Shown: positions 1 through 13,134, counted from the stretch's first letter. The stretch is DNA of 55,401 bases from Chara braunii (GCA_003427395.1 BFEA01000007.1:897080-952480); one strand, 5' to 3'. Notes: a model not told the origin generated them from the letters alone. Numbers and translations: made by a program.

Positions 1-179
1 TGGACTGGACTGGCCTGGTACCGACCGTGGTACCGGGCGGGACTGGACTGGACTGAAACAATATACGGCCTGTGGGGTCAGGCCACGGCCTGGTCCCACA
101 GGCCGAACTGGCAAATAGCCAAATAGGCCCTGGCTGTAGGCCAGGGCAGATGAAGGCCCGCTGCAGATACGGCCTAACA
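1..179 (-). mobile_element. Terminus of a probable LTR inserted into the Gypsy RT gene
   Basis: GC-rich non-coding sequence ends ...GGCCTAACA at 179 (TGTTAGG on the minus strand, a TG-type LTR end). RT-like coding sequence (FVPKKGGSLTMCIDYRGLN) begins right after it. Confidence 0.5.
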
Positions 180-2843
180 TCTCCTCCTTTGGCACACCAG
201 TTCTTTTTTGTACCGAAGAAGGGGGGATCACTAACGATGTGCATTGATTATAGGGGCCTCAATGTTATAACTGTTAACAACGCAGAGCCCTTACTTCGCA
301 TCGATGACCTATTGGATAAGGTGCAGGGATGTAAGTACTTTACCAAGATAGACTTGAAGTCCGACTACTATCAAATTGCCATTAGACCGGAAGACCAGCA
401 CAAAACTGCATTTCAGGCCAGGTACGGTTTGTACGAGTTTGTGGTGATGTCTTTCGGCCCTTGCAATGCGCCGGGTACATTCCACCATGCCATGAATAGG
501 ATCTTCCATGACTTCTTAGTACTTGGATAAGTTTATCGCCGTGTACCTCGACGACATTCTTATCTTCAGTAGGACTGTTGAGGAGCATGCTCAGCATGTA
601 GACAAAGTCCTTTCTCTCCTCCGGCAGCACAAGCATAAGATAAATTTAGAGAAATGCAAGTTTGGTCGCACTAAAATCTTGTACTTGGGTCATGAAGTAT
701 CCGTGGAAGGGATTAGGCTAGAAGATGCGAAGGTGGCCAACATTAGAGACTGGCCACGACCCTGGTTTGTGACTGAGGTAAGATCATTCTTGGGAATGGG
801 TGGTTATTACCACAATTTCGTAAAGAACTATAGCATGATCCCATCTCCATTAACTGATCGAACGAGCCTTGACACTCCATGGGAATGGACAGACGAATGT
901 GAGGCTGCCTTCAAGAGACTGAAGCATGCCCTTACACATCATGAGGTTCTCATGGTCCCTGATCCTCAAAGGCCATTTGTAGTGACCACTGACGCAAACC
1001 ATTACCACATTGGCGCAGTGTTGGCTCAACAGGAAGGGGAGAAGTTAAGGTCGATCGAGTACATGAGCAAGAAGATGTCATCAAATAAGTTGTTGAATTC
1101 CACCTACGAAAGGGAACTTTATGCCCTCTATAAGGCACTTGTCCACTAGAGGCACTATCTGTTGGGAATCAGACACTCAAGTGGATCAAGACACAACCTG
1201 TTCTCTGAGATGCACTTAAACGTTGGACTGAGGTCATAGATGAATATGACTTCAAGCTCGACTATGTGAAAGGGGAGTATAACAAGGTTGCTGATGCGCT
1301 GTCACGTAGGGCAGACTACCTGGGTGCGCTGATCACAGAGTTTGGCTTATCTGACGATGTATCTCGATCCTTGGTAGAAGCCTACAAGGAAGACCCTGTC
1401 AAGATGGACATCATCCGCAAACCCGAGGCCAAAGATAAGGCCACCTCTGATGAGTTTGTGATGGTGGATGGCCTGTTCTTTCTTGAGAAGGCTGGGTTGA
1501 AATGGTTAGTAGTTCCATTTAGGGAAGTTTTGCGTAGTTTATTTTTAGGAGAATGTCATTACGCAACAGGGCATTTTGGCTACAAGAAGACTTCTGCTAA
1601 CTTAGTACAACGATTTTGGTGGCCTAACATGCTTGACGATGCCAAGAAATACGTGCAGACATGCCAAGTCTGTCAGTGGGACAAGCCGCGGACTCAAGCA
1701 GCGCTTGGGATATTGAAGCCTCTACCCATTCCTACTACCCCGGGACTGAGTGTTTCCATGGATTTCATGGATACCCTCGCGACCAGCAAGAATGGCAAAA
1801 GGGATATATTCGTCATAGTGGATAGGTTCACTAAGTACGCTAGACTAATTGCCATGCTGGAGACTGCCAGGACCGAGCACGTCATCAAGTTATTCATGGA
1901 TAATTGGGTGTGTGATTTTGGACTGCCCAAGACCATTGTTAGTGACAGAGATGTTCGGTTTACCAGTGAGATGTGGAAGAAGGCCGCTGAACAGATGGGC
2001 AGCCAGCTTCGGATGACTTCTGGGAATCATCACGAAGCCAATGGGCAAGCTGAACAGATGAATTGTGTGGTGCAGCATCTGCTGAGGCAGTATATCAAGC
2101 CCAACGACGATGAGGACGATGAGAAGTTACCTCTCATAGCCAGTCTATACATGTTGTACATAGCACCACCGACGTCAGTCCTAATCAACTACATCTGGGG
2201 TGGGAGCCTAGATCTGCTCTAGACTTCCTCCTGCCTGAAAACCGAACTGCTGCAACTCCTGGAACCATCGAGTTTGGTGTCCAGTATGAGAAGCTGTTGC
2301 AGCAGACTGTCTAACACATCAAGAAATCTCAAGAAGCAATGATTACTTCTAAGAATAAGCATCGCCGACAGTCCACGTTTCAGGTAGGGGAACGTGTCTG
2401 GGTGAAGGATAGTGAGTTGGGACAGGAGTTCGGCATCTCTAGAAAACTAATGCCTCATTATTTTGGTCCCTGGGAAGTTTTGGATATTGTGGGTAGTGAA
2501 GAGGATGGTCCCTCGTACGTAATTCGTATCCGTGGTCACCTACGCACTTACCCTGTGTTTCACGTCTCAAAACTTGCACCTTTCGTTGATACAGAACAAT
2601 TCCATCAAGGAGATTTATGCTGCCCCCAACCATGGATGGTCACTTGGACGTCGACGATATCCTGGAGCACAGAGACATGACTGTTCCCAAGCCAGCTGGC
2701 AAGGGTAGACCGCCTAAACCTGTGAGAGAGAGTACAAAGTACGTTTCAGGCATCATATTGATCCTAAGGAAGATTGATGGTTTACAAAGGAGGAACTTGT
2801 CAAGACAGCTCCTCAGATTTTGGCCGAGTATGAAAGAAATTGA
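180..2843 (+). pseudogene. pol: Ty3/Gypsy (chromovirus-type) pol, decayed: RT, RNase H, integrase, chromodomain
   Basis: RT motifs CIDYRGLN, FTKIDLKS, YEFVVMSFG and VYLDDILIFS. RNase H motifs TTDAN..IGAVLAQ and ERELYAL. Integrase HHCC (H..GHFG...CQVCQ) and core SMDF, IVSDRD, NGQAEQMN. C-terminal chromodomain-like VDDILEHR...EYKVRF...ED*WFTKEEL..APQILAEYE at ~2640-2843. Multiple stops and frameshifts. Confidence 0.95.
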
Positions 2844-2888
2844 AGGGGAAGGCACCAGCATGAAGAATCTCAGCAGACTTTCGAAGCT

Positions 2889-2901
2889 AAGGGGGATGGA
2901 A
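2889..2901 (+). other. Polypurine tract of the Gypsy element
   Basis: AAGGGGGATGGAA lies between the end of pol and the TG that opens the putative 3' LTR. Confidence 0.7.
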
Positions 2902-4378
2902 TGCGAGGAATGAGCCCTCATGGGACCCTTATTAGACATGCACATGTTCTGGGCAGAGGCCCCCAGCAAGCCAAGTGGCCGCCCTAAGTGAAGGCGGGCC
3001 TGAATATTCACCAGAGGCCAAAATTCGGCATTTTTCATATGTGGGTACTTTGGCTGTTGCAGCCCGCCAGTTGGTTGAGTGGACGCGTGGGCCTCCCTAA
3101 GGTGCATCGAACAGTTTGGCCCAGGCCGTGGCAGTTGCGCCTGGGCACATACACACAATGCAGGGCCGATACATTACGAATTGGCTACAGGCCTACACGA
3201 AAGCAGCATTGTCGACATACATACCCCGGGTCCTGTGCAAATGCAGCAAATGGCCCAAGTCTGAAGACTCAGGCCGTGCCCAACTGTAAAGGGCCCAGGC
3301 ACTCAACTGTAGCATTGGGCCTGGGCGCAGGTACTGGGGCCTGACCGGACGCTACTGGAAGCTTCCCAGCCAGGCCACACGCAGCCAAGCAGTGGCTGCC
3401 ACTTCCATATAGGAAGGAGGGCAGCCAGGGGCAGGCATTTTGGCCCATGCAGGCAATGCGGTCACGCTGCTGCGCTGCTTTGTTAGGGGCCGCGTGCTGC
3501 GCTGAGGCCAGAGTGCGTATGGGCGAGTGTGAGGTGAAGAGGGGCGTTGCTGGGCAACGGAGCGCGAGCAGCCATAGCCGGGCTGTAGGGTGCTAGGGTG
3601 TGAGAGGGCGATCGGTGGTCTTCAGGAAGGAGGCGAGTGCGGGTGGACAGGGTCTGATGAGGGGAGACGAGATACGTACCTGGTACATGAGAGATGTCGG
3701 CTATGGTGTTGACGTCATGTACATTGGTCTTCGAGAGTCGAAGTGAGCCTGTTGTGAGAATGCTGATGTAGGTAGGATAGTCGAGTAGTGTAGGCTGGGT
3801 TCTGAGCGCCAGACAGAGAGGAGTGACTTTAGATACTGTGTTGGTGTGGCCTGAGGGCTTGAACATTGGCTCATTACTGCATTGTATCGCTCTTGTTTGG
3901 ATGGAATCTCGGTGCCTTTATGCTCTCTGCTTGTACACGACTACTTGGACATCTGTGTGATTTCGCAACTTGGTTTTCTGTATATCGTTCCTACGCATAT
4001 TCCTTGCACTTTGCTGTGCCTGTTAGTTGCAAGGCTTGGCACGTTGGCGTAGTTCAGCGCAAGGCTTGCCTTTTTTTGAGTTGTTATTCGCCTCAGTAGT
4101 TGTTTGGGCATTCTTTGGCCAAACAATTATCTTGTCATTCTTTGGGTAAACTGTGCTGTAGTGATTTGTTGTCTTCCTGGTCATGCACCCATTCACTGAC
4201 CACTGGTAAAGTCCAGAGAAAACTTTTCATTTATCGGCATTCTCTGCCGAGATGTACCACTTTTCTTCTCCCGAATGGAAGAGACACATGTAGCCAGACT
4301 TTGAACAGAGCTTTTGTGTTCCATATGACTGCCACGACTTGCGTTATTCAACTGGTGGAGAGTCCACAATCTCTTACA
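2902..4378 (+). repeat. Probable 3' LTR of the Gypsy element
   Basis: Starts TG directly after the PPT. TATA-like CCATATAGG at ~3405. Candidate end CTCTTACA at 4378 (right boundary approximate). Shares blocks with the LTR-like sequence at ~10456-11200. Confidence 0.6.
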
Positions 4379-4448
4379 CACGTCCCTCACCCCTATTGAG
4401 GTGAAGATACCATGACGAAAAGAGGGCAGGTACTCCCTTGTGGCATCC

Positions 4449-4580
4449 TTTTTTTTTTTTTTTTTTTTTTTTGAATTTGGACCATTTCTTGATCGATGCA
4501 TGTGATCCTTGCACCCGGGCCATGCTAATCTTCTCAAATACTGTTTTCAATTTTAATTTTTAACGGATGTCCTGAAGGAC
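4449..4580 (-). pseudogene. U6: Diverged U6 snRNA retrocopy with poly(A) tail
   Basis: Minus strand reads GTCCTTCAGGACATCCG...GAGAAGATTAGCATGGCCC...CAAGGAT...AGAAATGGTCCAAATT, followed by A24 (T run 4449-4472). Confidence 0.85.
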
Positions 4581-4585
4581 TTCCC

Positions 4586-4708
4586 TTTTTTTTCTTTTCT
4601 TTGGACTGTTTGAGTCTATCTCTCAATTTACGCATGGCATGATGTCACCCTTTCTAAGTGTCCATGCAAATCTGTACAGTTCAAATTTTAACGGATGTCC
4701 CAAAGGAC
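4586..4708 (-). pseudogene. U6: Second, more diverged U6 copy in tandem, with an A-rich tail
   Basis: Minus strand starts GTCCTTTGGGACATCCGTTAAAATTTGAAC, retains GATTTGCATGG and the terminal GTCCAA, then an A-rich linker (T-rich 4586-4600). Confidence 0.7.
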
Positions 4709-5599
4709 ACTCCCTTATTGCTTGTACTAATGCTGGTGAGTAGGCTTTAAGTGCTCCTCCTTTCCTGGCTCTGACTCCTGTTCGTATGCAAGGATCAGCA
4801 CCTAATCAAATTTCGGGGTATCGCTCAATCTATGGCTATTGTTCCATACCAGCAGCACTCCGGAGATTTCCGAGATCAGGAGGCTACGTGGTGTGGAAGG
4901 AATCTGCACAATGACACTGAGATTGCAGATCTGCTGAGAGAACTGGTTAATAGCAATCGAGAAAAGAAGGAGAGAGCGAGAAATGGATGAGCCGTGGCAA
5001 AAAGATGAAGAGCTGAGGTTAGTGCGAGGCACAAGGAACAATGGATTCGTGAAAACCAGAGAAACAGACCAAAACCAGAGAAATCCTATAGACAGAAAAA
5101 CGTCAATGGAACATAGCATTTTTTTAGAAGTAAAGGTGAATTTTGCACCGTTTCGTGCGCAAATGTCATCGAATCCCCCCCTAAAAATCGGTAAATATAC
5201 GAGGCCGACCACAACGTGGAAAAAAGAGCCCGTTTTGGAGGCGAACAGGCGACTCCTACTCATGGCCGACGAAAAGATCTCCAATTTATGGAGATTTCAG
5301 TGCATAACGAAACGACCAGTCAGTACTGTACACTGGAAGTAGAATTTTGTTTCAAAACAGAAGAGCCTTTTCCGGAACCTAATCCAAGGACGTAAAAACT
5401 AACCGAAAACCTGGCAAGGCGAACAGAGTCTCTTTCTTTGCACTCATAATACTAAGGAAATAGAAGCTTGAAAACGAAGGTAGTAAAAAAACGGGATGCA
5501 GAGGAAAGCAAAAAACAGCCAACGACAACTGATTTCAAATCTCCAAAAGTTCTGGACAGCCAAATCGACCATATTCGATCGTCACGGAAATTCAACGAC

Positions 5600-6106
5600 T
5601 TCCAAACACGATCTTATAGGCCTATAACTCGAATTTGCGCAAATGCAGAAAAGAGCCGAATCTCGCGAGATTTGACAGAGACCCTGGGAAATTCTCTCGA
5701 AATTCGGAAACCGCACTTTTCGAATTATAGGCCTATAACGACTGTTTGAAAATGGAACACGGATACAATAATTTTAGTCCGCAATCGGTCAAGTGTTTAT
5801 AGCCCTATAAACGCAATGTTTAACATCGCGGAAATTGAGCGAAATTCAAACACGACCTTATAGGCCTATAACGCGAATTTTGGGAAAGTAAAAAAGAGCA
5901 TAATTTTAGTCCATTATCAGTCGAGTATTTAAAACCCTAAAAACACAGTGTTATGAGTCGTGAAAATTCCACGAAATTCGAACACGAAGTTATAGGCCTA
6001 TAACGTGAATTTTAGGGAAGTAGAAAAATAACATAATTTCGCGAGAATTTGACATGAAGCTTGGCGGGCGTAAAAATTTTGATCCGCAATCGGTGAGGTG
6101 TTTGAA
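5600..6106. repeat. Degenerate ~110-130 bp repeats carrying the palindrome TTATAGGCCTATAA
   Basis: Motif at 5614, 5725, 5797 (variant), 5858 and 5990, with recurring flanks (AAACACGA..., AATAATTTT...). Confidence 0.75.
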
Positions 6107-6942
6107 GNNNNNNNNNNNNNNNNNNNNNNNNNNNNNNNNNNNNNNNNNNNNNNNNNNNNNNNNNNNNNNNNNNNNNNNNNNNNNNNNNNNNNNNNNNNNN
6201 NNAATGACAAACCGCAAATCGACAATTGTTCATGTGACAAATGTTTTGGTCAAAAAATGAATGACAAACCGCAAATCGAAAAGTCGGAACCCAAACGGCA
6301 AATCGTGAGTCAATTTCCAAAATCTCAAAATTGTAAAGTGAAAAACCGCAAAGTACATTTGGAAAAGATCGCGAAAACAAAAAGGTTGGCCACACGTGTC
6401 TGGCTACAGGGCGCTAACGACTAGACTCAGATAACAACAAGAATTTACAAATTTACAAGAATTTACAAGTCGCTAACGACTAGACTCAGATAACAACAAG
6501 GTTGGCCACACGTGCCTGGCTGCGAACTGCAACCTACTATTGTACATATTTACAAGAATTTACAAGCCGCTTACGACTAAACTCCGATAATCTGTTGAAC
6601 AGCGACAAAAGGAAACCTGATCTAATGCGGAAGCAGAAATGACCTCGATCTCAATGACACTCTGCCAACCTCTGAAGCAATCGGTTCCTAGAAGGTCTTC
6701 CTAGTCGACATCCTCCGTTGCCATGGAATTCAACATCTCAGAGATTTTTTGTCTGGTCTGCGAGAAGAGGGTCCTGTCTGTCTTCAGTTGAAAGTTGTAA
6801 CAAAGAACGCCGTAGCTCCAGTCATAGACGTCCTCGGAAGGCTCTCTCGTAGTCTTTCCTTGAGGATTTGTCTTGAACTGAGGATAGTAACCCTCTCCTT
6901 TCTCACGTTGTGCAAACCAAGCAACTTTGAATCGTTTACCTG

Positions 6943-9900
6943 CTAGCAGCTCGACAACCTTGCCAATGTGGTAAGGTTTGCCTCTCTCTTCCTGCCCCGA
7001 ACAAACTCGTAATGCGATGAAAGTGTTGACCTCGAGATCGTCGTACTTTCCGTCTCTGTCCTTTCGAAACTGTCTGTTCTTTCGTGCGCCGATGTAGATG
7101 GGTCTCTCAGGAGGGAAAAAATCATCCCAGTTTGGTCAAAGCCGTTAGCGGTTGGTGGAACTTCTTCACCTGCTCTGCTGACATCAGCTGTTACAAAGGG
7201 CCACGCGAAAGGCTCTTTGAGGTTTGTGTCCTCAAGGTCGAGAGTTTCCTGCGTTGCTATAAACTTATTCCACCATTCAATGTTGTGGGGTTGAGCGTAA
7301 TGCGACAGGGCATGTACGTTGGCTTTCAAGGCGGCGATGGAAAGTACATCATCGTCAACCTTGAATTTCGAAGATCCTCCCGCTTTTCGATTACGGACAT
7401 GACCTTCACTGCTGACGACCTTATCACGCCTCTCGTCCTCACCCCGAGAAGTAAGTCGATATCTTGCTTCCAAAGATCGGATTGCATGCTTTGGCGAAGC
7501 TTGAACTTGTCCTGTTGGCTCTGACTTGAAGATGTCCAGACCTTCTCTGTCGTTCCGCTGCCACTGCGAGTTATGATATTGTTTGCTCCAAATGCGCACC
7601 TCCCCGTTGTCGTTGTGCGTGATTCGGAAATGTTGGTTGAAACTAATATCATTGACATTATGTAGATGATCCTGAACGTACTACTTCCAGTCCATTGTTT
7701 CCGCCATCTCCTCAATGTGCACGCCATGATCTTGTTCTACCTTGTACGACTCTCTAATCACGTGTTGCAACTCAGGAAGATCGAACGCACCATGTGCAGC
7801 CAACTTTCTCGAGAAACAGTTGAACATCTGGTCGATGTCCTCGTGCGTGTGACCTACAAGAAGAAAGTTTAACTTAACTTTACTGAACACTCTCATTTTC
7901 ACCAAGAACACGAGATATGACAACACAAATTTGTTCTTGTTCTCTTTCGAAGTGTTATCAAGTGTAAGATACAGGACTTTCGGAAATGGTACAGGAAGTT
8001 GAGAAATCTGACGATGAAGATCAGTTAGCATGCAATTAGAATCTGATTTGAAGTTGTCAAAGAAAACAGTTGCAGAGGCGTTCGATGAGAGTCCTAACAC
8101 CTTAGCCCCAACCACGTGAACTTTCACAAAGTTCCCTTCTTTTAGTTTCGAATCCTTTGGAAGCCTAGTGAAGTGTGGCAGTATAGTCTTGCTCTGATCC
8201 ATCCCATCAATGATCATTGCGACATACTCAGACGGATGACTTGAAGCCTTGTGGCGATGCTTACTAAGTTTTTGTCTCTCTTCTGCTCGCATTAACCGGT
8301 GCTTCTCTAGTGCCTTGCCAAACATTTCTGTGCAAATAACAAAACAAGCGGTTACTTTGTCAAAACATGTTAAAGAAAAGAGACAAAGCGCGATGAAGGG
8401 CCTTAAAATCGAAAGCAATGATTAGACAAAGTGTTATAGGGCTATAACTCAGGAAAGTCAGTCCACAAGTGTCGTGCATCATAACATTCGAAGTTTGGGC
8501 AAGGCGACGCAGACGTCACTAATAACAAGGGCTTTAAAATCGAAGACGGCTAAGAGATAAAGTCTTAAAGGGCTTTTACTATGAGGAGTCGAAAACGATT
8601 ATTAGACAAAGTGTTATAGGGTTATAACTCAGAAAAGTAAGTCCACAAACGTCGTAGAATCTTCAATTCATTCTTCCCCAAAATTTCTGTTTTGATTGAT
8701 TGAACGAGTTCGGGGAATGCAACGCATGCGTCACGAAGACGATTATTAGATAAAGTGGTAAAGGGCTTTAACTCTGAAAAGTCGAAGACGAATAAGAGAC
8801 AAAGTGTTATAGGGCTATAACTGAGACAGAGAGAAGACGTTTAACTATTTCTTTACCAAACTTATTACTTTCATAAGAATCCTTCTCTGTTTGCGCTGAC
8901 ACAAGATTGATTTTTCTTTCTACACGAAGGACATTTAGAGAGAGAGAGAGAGAGAGAGGAAGAAGAAGAAATAGGAGAGACGAAGAAGAGTTCCATGAGA
9001 ATCCTTCCGTAAATGTGCAAGTCACAGCCTCTACCTTCTGCAAAAACAACTTANNNNNNNNNNNNNNNNNNNNNNNNNNNNNNNNNNNNNNNNNNNNNNN
9101 NNNNNNNNNNNNNNNNNNNNNNNNNNNNNNNNNNNNNNNNNNNNNNNNNNNNNNNNNNNNNNNNNNNNNNNNNNNNNNNNNNNNNNNNNNNNNNNNNNNN
9201 NNNNNNNNNNNNNNNNNNNNNNNNNNNNNNNNNNNNNNNNNNNNNNNNNNNNNNNNNNNNNNNNNNNNNNNNNNNNNNNNNNNNNNNNNNNNNNNNNNNN
9301 NNNNNNNNNNNNNNNNNNNNNNNNNNNNNNNNNNNNNNNNNNNNNNNNNNNNNNNNNNNNNNNNNNNNNNNNNNNNNNNNNNNNNNNNNNNNNNNNNNNN
9401 NNNNNNNNNNNNNNNNNNNNNNNNNNNNNNNNNNNNNNNNNNNNNNNNNNNNNNNNNNNNNNNNNNNNNNNNNNNNNNNNNNNNNNNNNNNNNNNNNNNN
9501 NNNNNNNNNNNNNNNNNNNNNNNNNNNNNNNNNNNNNNNNNNNNNNNNNNNNNNNNNNNNNNNNNNNNNNNNNNNNNNNNNNNNNNNNNNNNNNNNNNNN
9601 NNNNNNNNNNNNNNNNNNNNNNNNNNNNNNNNNNNNNNNNNNNNNNNNNNNNNNNNNNNNNNNNNNNNNNNNNNNNNNNNNNNNNNNNNNNNNNNNNNNN
9701 NNNNNNNNNNNNNNNNNNNNNNNNNNNNNNNNNNNNNNNNNNNNNNNNNNNNNNNNNNNNNNNACGTGTAGTCGAGCATCCGTACAACTTTCCCCACGCT
9801 TTTGTGCAAACCTTTACGCCGTTGAACGTCACCCTTAACACCTCTAAATCTCCCTCATCCGAAAAGTACGACGCAACCCTCATCTCTGCGAGAAAGAAGT

Positions 9901-10408
9901 TCAGTTGCTCAGGTTGTTTCATCGCCCAAAATTCTTCGCGCTTGTAGAAAACATCTACCGTTGTGAACTTTTTGTAACAGTTGGCCTTGTATCAATCTTC
10001 CTTCAGAACTAGTTCGACATTCTTCATGTTCACGTGGTAGTTAGCTTTCTTGTTGTACACATGTGCGTTCCTGCTGCGCTTTCCCAAGTTGTAAGGAGGT
10101 TTCTCACTCTTGCTTGATTTGCTGTACAGTCCTCTTCTCACCTCCTGTGCTATTATCTGCTTCGCTTCTCCTAAAAGTTCTCCATATAGACTCTTCTTGA
10201 ACATGTCGACATCAATGCCCGACTCGTTCTTCCCTTCATCATCCTCTGAGTCTGTGTCTTTTGAATCGGCATCCTCGCTCGTTTCCTCCTCCTCATCATC
10301 GTCGTCGCTCGATTCGCCCTCCTCATCATCGTCGTCACTGGGTTCCTCTTCCTCGGTGCCGTTGTCACGCAATTCTTGCGCCACGCTGTCGTAGAGCGTT
10401 TCTTTCAC
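6943..10408 (-). pseudogene. DUF7869-type (Sola-like) DDD transposase pseudogene, probably spliced
   Basis: Acidic N-terminus, then C..NC and KVCTKAWGKLYGCS (9764-10408; in-frame stop at 9992), an N gap, and a probable intron ending TTTGCACAG at ~8328. The core follows: IIDGMDQSKT, LTLDNTSKENKNKFVL, FLLVGHTHEDIDQMF. ORFs 7681-8418 and 6943-7599 share a frame and are split by one stop. Family assignment is from motif recognition only. Confidence 0.7.
8420..8825. repeat. Repeats ATTAGACAAAGTGTTATAGGGCTATAACTC inside the putative transposase intron
   Basis: Near-identical cores at ~8433, 8613 and 8806, with variants at ~8565 and 8757. Confidence 0.8.
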
Positions 10409-10455
10409 AATAAGCCTCAGAGTCTGTGTCCCGAACGTCGGTTACCCTATATATA

Positions 10456-11200
10456 TGTCTCAATAAGCCCTACCGGGCCCCTATTTGGAACAGGTTGGCC
10501 ACCCAAAGTGAAGGCAGGCTCGGGAGACAACAAGAGGCCTATTTTCGACTACTTCGCAACTAGGGTAAAACTCAGGCTGGCGCTGCAGTTGCGCAGCGCC
10601 AGTTGGTTGAAGGCACCCAGGCCCTGGCCTCCTTTATCAAATGTATCTAAGTCAGACCCTGGGCGAGGTACGCAGCATGGACCCAACTCAGACTGTGGGT
10701 AGTTGGGCACGGGTAACTGTCGGTGGCCCTGGGCCTGATTCGTTTGGACTGAGGCTCAGCCTCCCTGGGCCTACCGGAAGCTTCTGGGCCGGGGCCCACT
10801 ACCGCAGCACAGCACGCAGCAGCAGGCCACTTCGATATAGGGAAGGGCCTGCCCACACATTGAACATTCGGGCACTGGCTGCATTGTGCACAAGCGTTGC
10901 TGCGCTATCGCTGGCCAGCGCTCACGCGCTCACGGGCGAGATGGAAGGAGCAGGCAGCCATAGCCGAGCTGCGCTGCTGTATGCTGGATGGGGCGTATGG
11001 TGGTCCTTGGGTGCAAGTGGCATCTGCGAGTTGGGGAACGAGGTTGTGAGTGATACGAGAGATTGACGCGTGCGGCATTGGCCGAGATTTGCTCGTACTT
11101 GGGGAGCTGTTGACGTCATCAGCGGCATTGTAGTCTAGACTAGATAGGATCTGCCATTCGTAGTCTGGGCGCTGAGCGCCAGATAGGATATCAACATTGG
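10456..11200 (+). repeat. LTR-like fragment related to the LTR at 2902-4378
   Basis: Shared blocks in the same order: CTACYGGAAGCTTC, CCACTTC.ATATAGG, GCAGCCATAGCCG, GTTGACGTCAT, CTGAGCGCCAGA, AACATTGG. Boundaries are approximate. Confidence 0.6.
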
Positions 11201-11987
11201 TTCTTCGTTGATGATGATGAGACTATTCCAGCATTGTCAATTATGAGCTTTTGATGTGCCCGTATTTGGTGAAACTCGTGATGCAATTCTGCTATTGGTT
11301 CGAGGTCATGACGATCTGGTCTCATGTGTATGATGCTGTTTGATTGCTGAAGTTCGCTATTGCTCATCTTCCTTGCATTAGCAAAAGGAGAAGAAAGGAA
11401 GTGTTTGGAAGAAGAGGAGAAGAAGAAAGCTACTGAGGAAGCTAGGCTCGCTAAACTGATCACAGAGCAAATTGTGGCACTGGACAGACCAGGGAATGCG
11501 GGGGTAGGAAAGGGTGTGAAGAGAATGCAGGAAACCAGAGGAGCAAAGACGATGACAACTCGAAGTCTCAGGAGAGTGACAAACGGAAAAGAGATCAGGG
11601 GAATCGAGGGGGAAATTCGCCATTGCTGCCCGAGGCAGGCAGACAGAAGATTCATCCGTTCGCTGCACCACCTGCGCCGCGGTGAGTAGCTTGGATGCCG
11701 GCTTGTTACTGATGAACTCAGTGAACGCAAGTCCAGCGTTCACAAGAGGCTTAGCAGAAGAGTCAAGAAGCTCAGGAGGAGATGTTTGAACGTATGCTCT
11801 CTATTATCGAAAGATGGACAGTTCAGAGGTGGCGAGTGGTATGCCTTCGTCTTCTACCTCTCCTCTCCCTTCCCCCCCTCCTCGTCCCCGTCGTACAACT
11901 TTAAAAGCTTCTTGTTCTGCACTTTCACAGCTTACTTAATCTTCTGTCTCTCTCTCTATCCTTCTCTCTTCTCTTTTCGCTCTCTTT

Positions 11988-11989
<2 letters not shown>

Positions 11990-12053
<64 letters not shown>

Positions 12054-12163
12054 NNNNNNNNNNNNNNNNNNNNNNNNNNNNNNNNNNNNNNNNNNNNNNN
12101 NNNNNNNNNNNNNNNNNNNNNNNNNNNNNNNNNNNNNNNNNNNNNNNNNNNNNNNNNNNNNNN

Positions 12164-12257
<94 letters not shown>
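11990..12257. repeat. (CT)n / (AT)n microsatellite spanning an N gap
   Basis: Directly visible. Confidence 0.95.
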
Positions 12258-12259
<2 letters not shown>

Positions 12260-13134
12260 TTTTGCGTGTGTAACTCGCGTTCATGTGTGGTGAATTGCTC
12301 CCCGCACGTTTGATGGTACAGGTGGCTTGGTTGTTGCCCTGCAACTACTTTGTGTTGATGCACATTGAATCACCTACTACAATGTCAACTGCATCTGGAT
12401 AAGATAACTGCATCAATAGATGTAACGTTGTCATGAACGTACTGGGTGTTGGTAACGACTCTCTCTGGCCAGCCGAAAGAAACCAGTTTTCTGGTGACCA
12501 ACCTTCCATGTGCTGATCTCCAATCTCTGTATTCTGATTGGAATGAAGAAATTTGTGCATGCATCTGTTTGTCAGCCTGAGCCAGGGTGGACAGTGGTAG
12601 TCATAACTTTGAACACTGGTGTCAGTCCTATTCTACCGTGGCCTGATCACAGGGAGTGATAGTCCAATCACAGGCAGTGGTAGTCCTATCTCTGAGCACT
12701 GGTGTCCTCTCGCTTGTACAGTGTATCTTCCGAAGAAGTGAAAGTCCCGATAAATCATGTCAAACCATAAAAAAACTACCACTTTCTTCCAAATAGGCCA
12801 GATTGGGTGGGATGGCTGCACCCCGTTCCAGGTTTTTGTGAAAGAATTGCTTTTTTTTTTGTTGATAAACAGGTCTTTTTATAGTCCTGGCTCTTTGTCC
12901 ATTCTGGGGGGCAACCATTCCCCCAGCAATAGTGAAAACTTAATTTAAGATGTACCCATCCGCGTGTCCTTTAGTCTCAGACGAAGGACCCCTGATGGGC
13001 CTGACGACCATTGATTACTCCATCACGGAGGGCCGACTGTCAGATTGTGTGTCCCTCTTGTTGCTCTCACTCTCAGCCTCAACTAAGAATGACATAAAGT
13101 TAAATCCAAAGCAAGAACTCTAGAGGTCCAGGAC

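Noticed and set aside
8807-9947. Long ORFs spanning N gaps (also 5990-6424, 11786-12363, 34563-34887, 53790-54716)
   Set aside because: Their length comes from N runs and simple repeats.
11360-11790. Host gene encoding a coiled-coil protein
   Set aside because: Short, low-complexity and interrupted, adjacent to LTR-like DNA, with no assignable domain.
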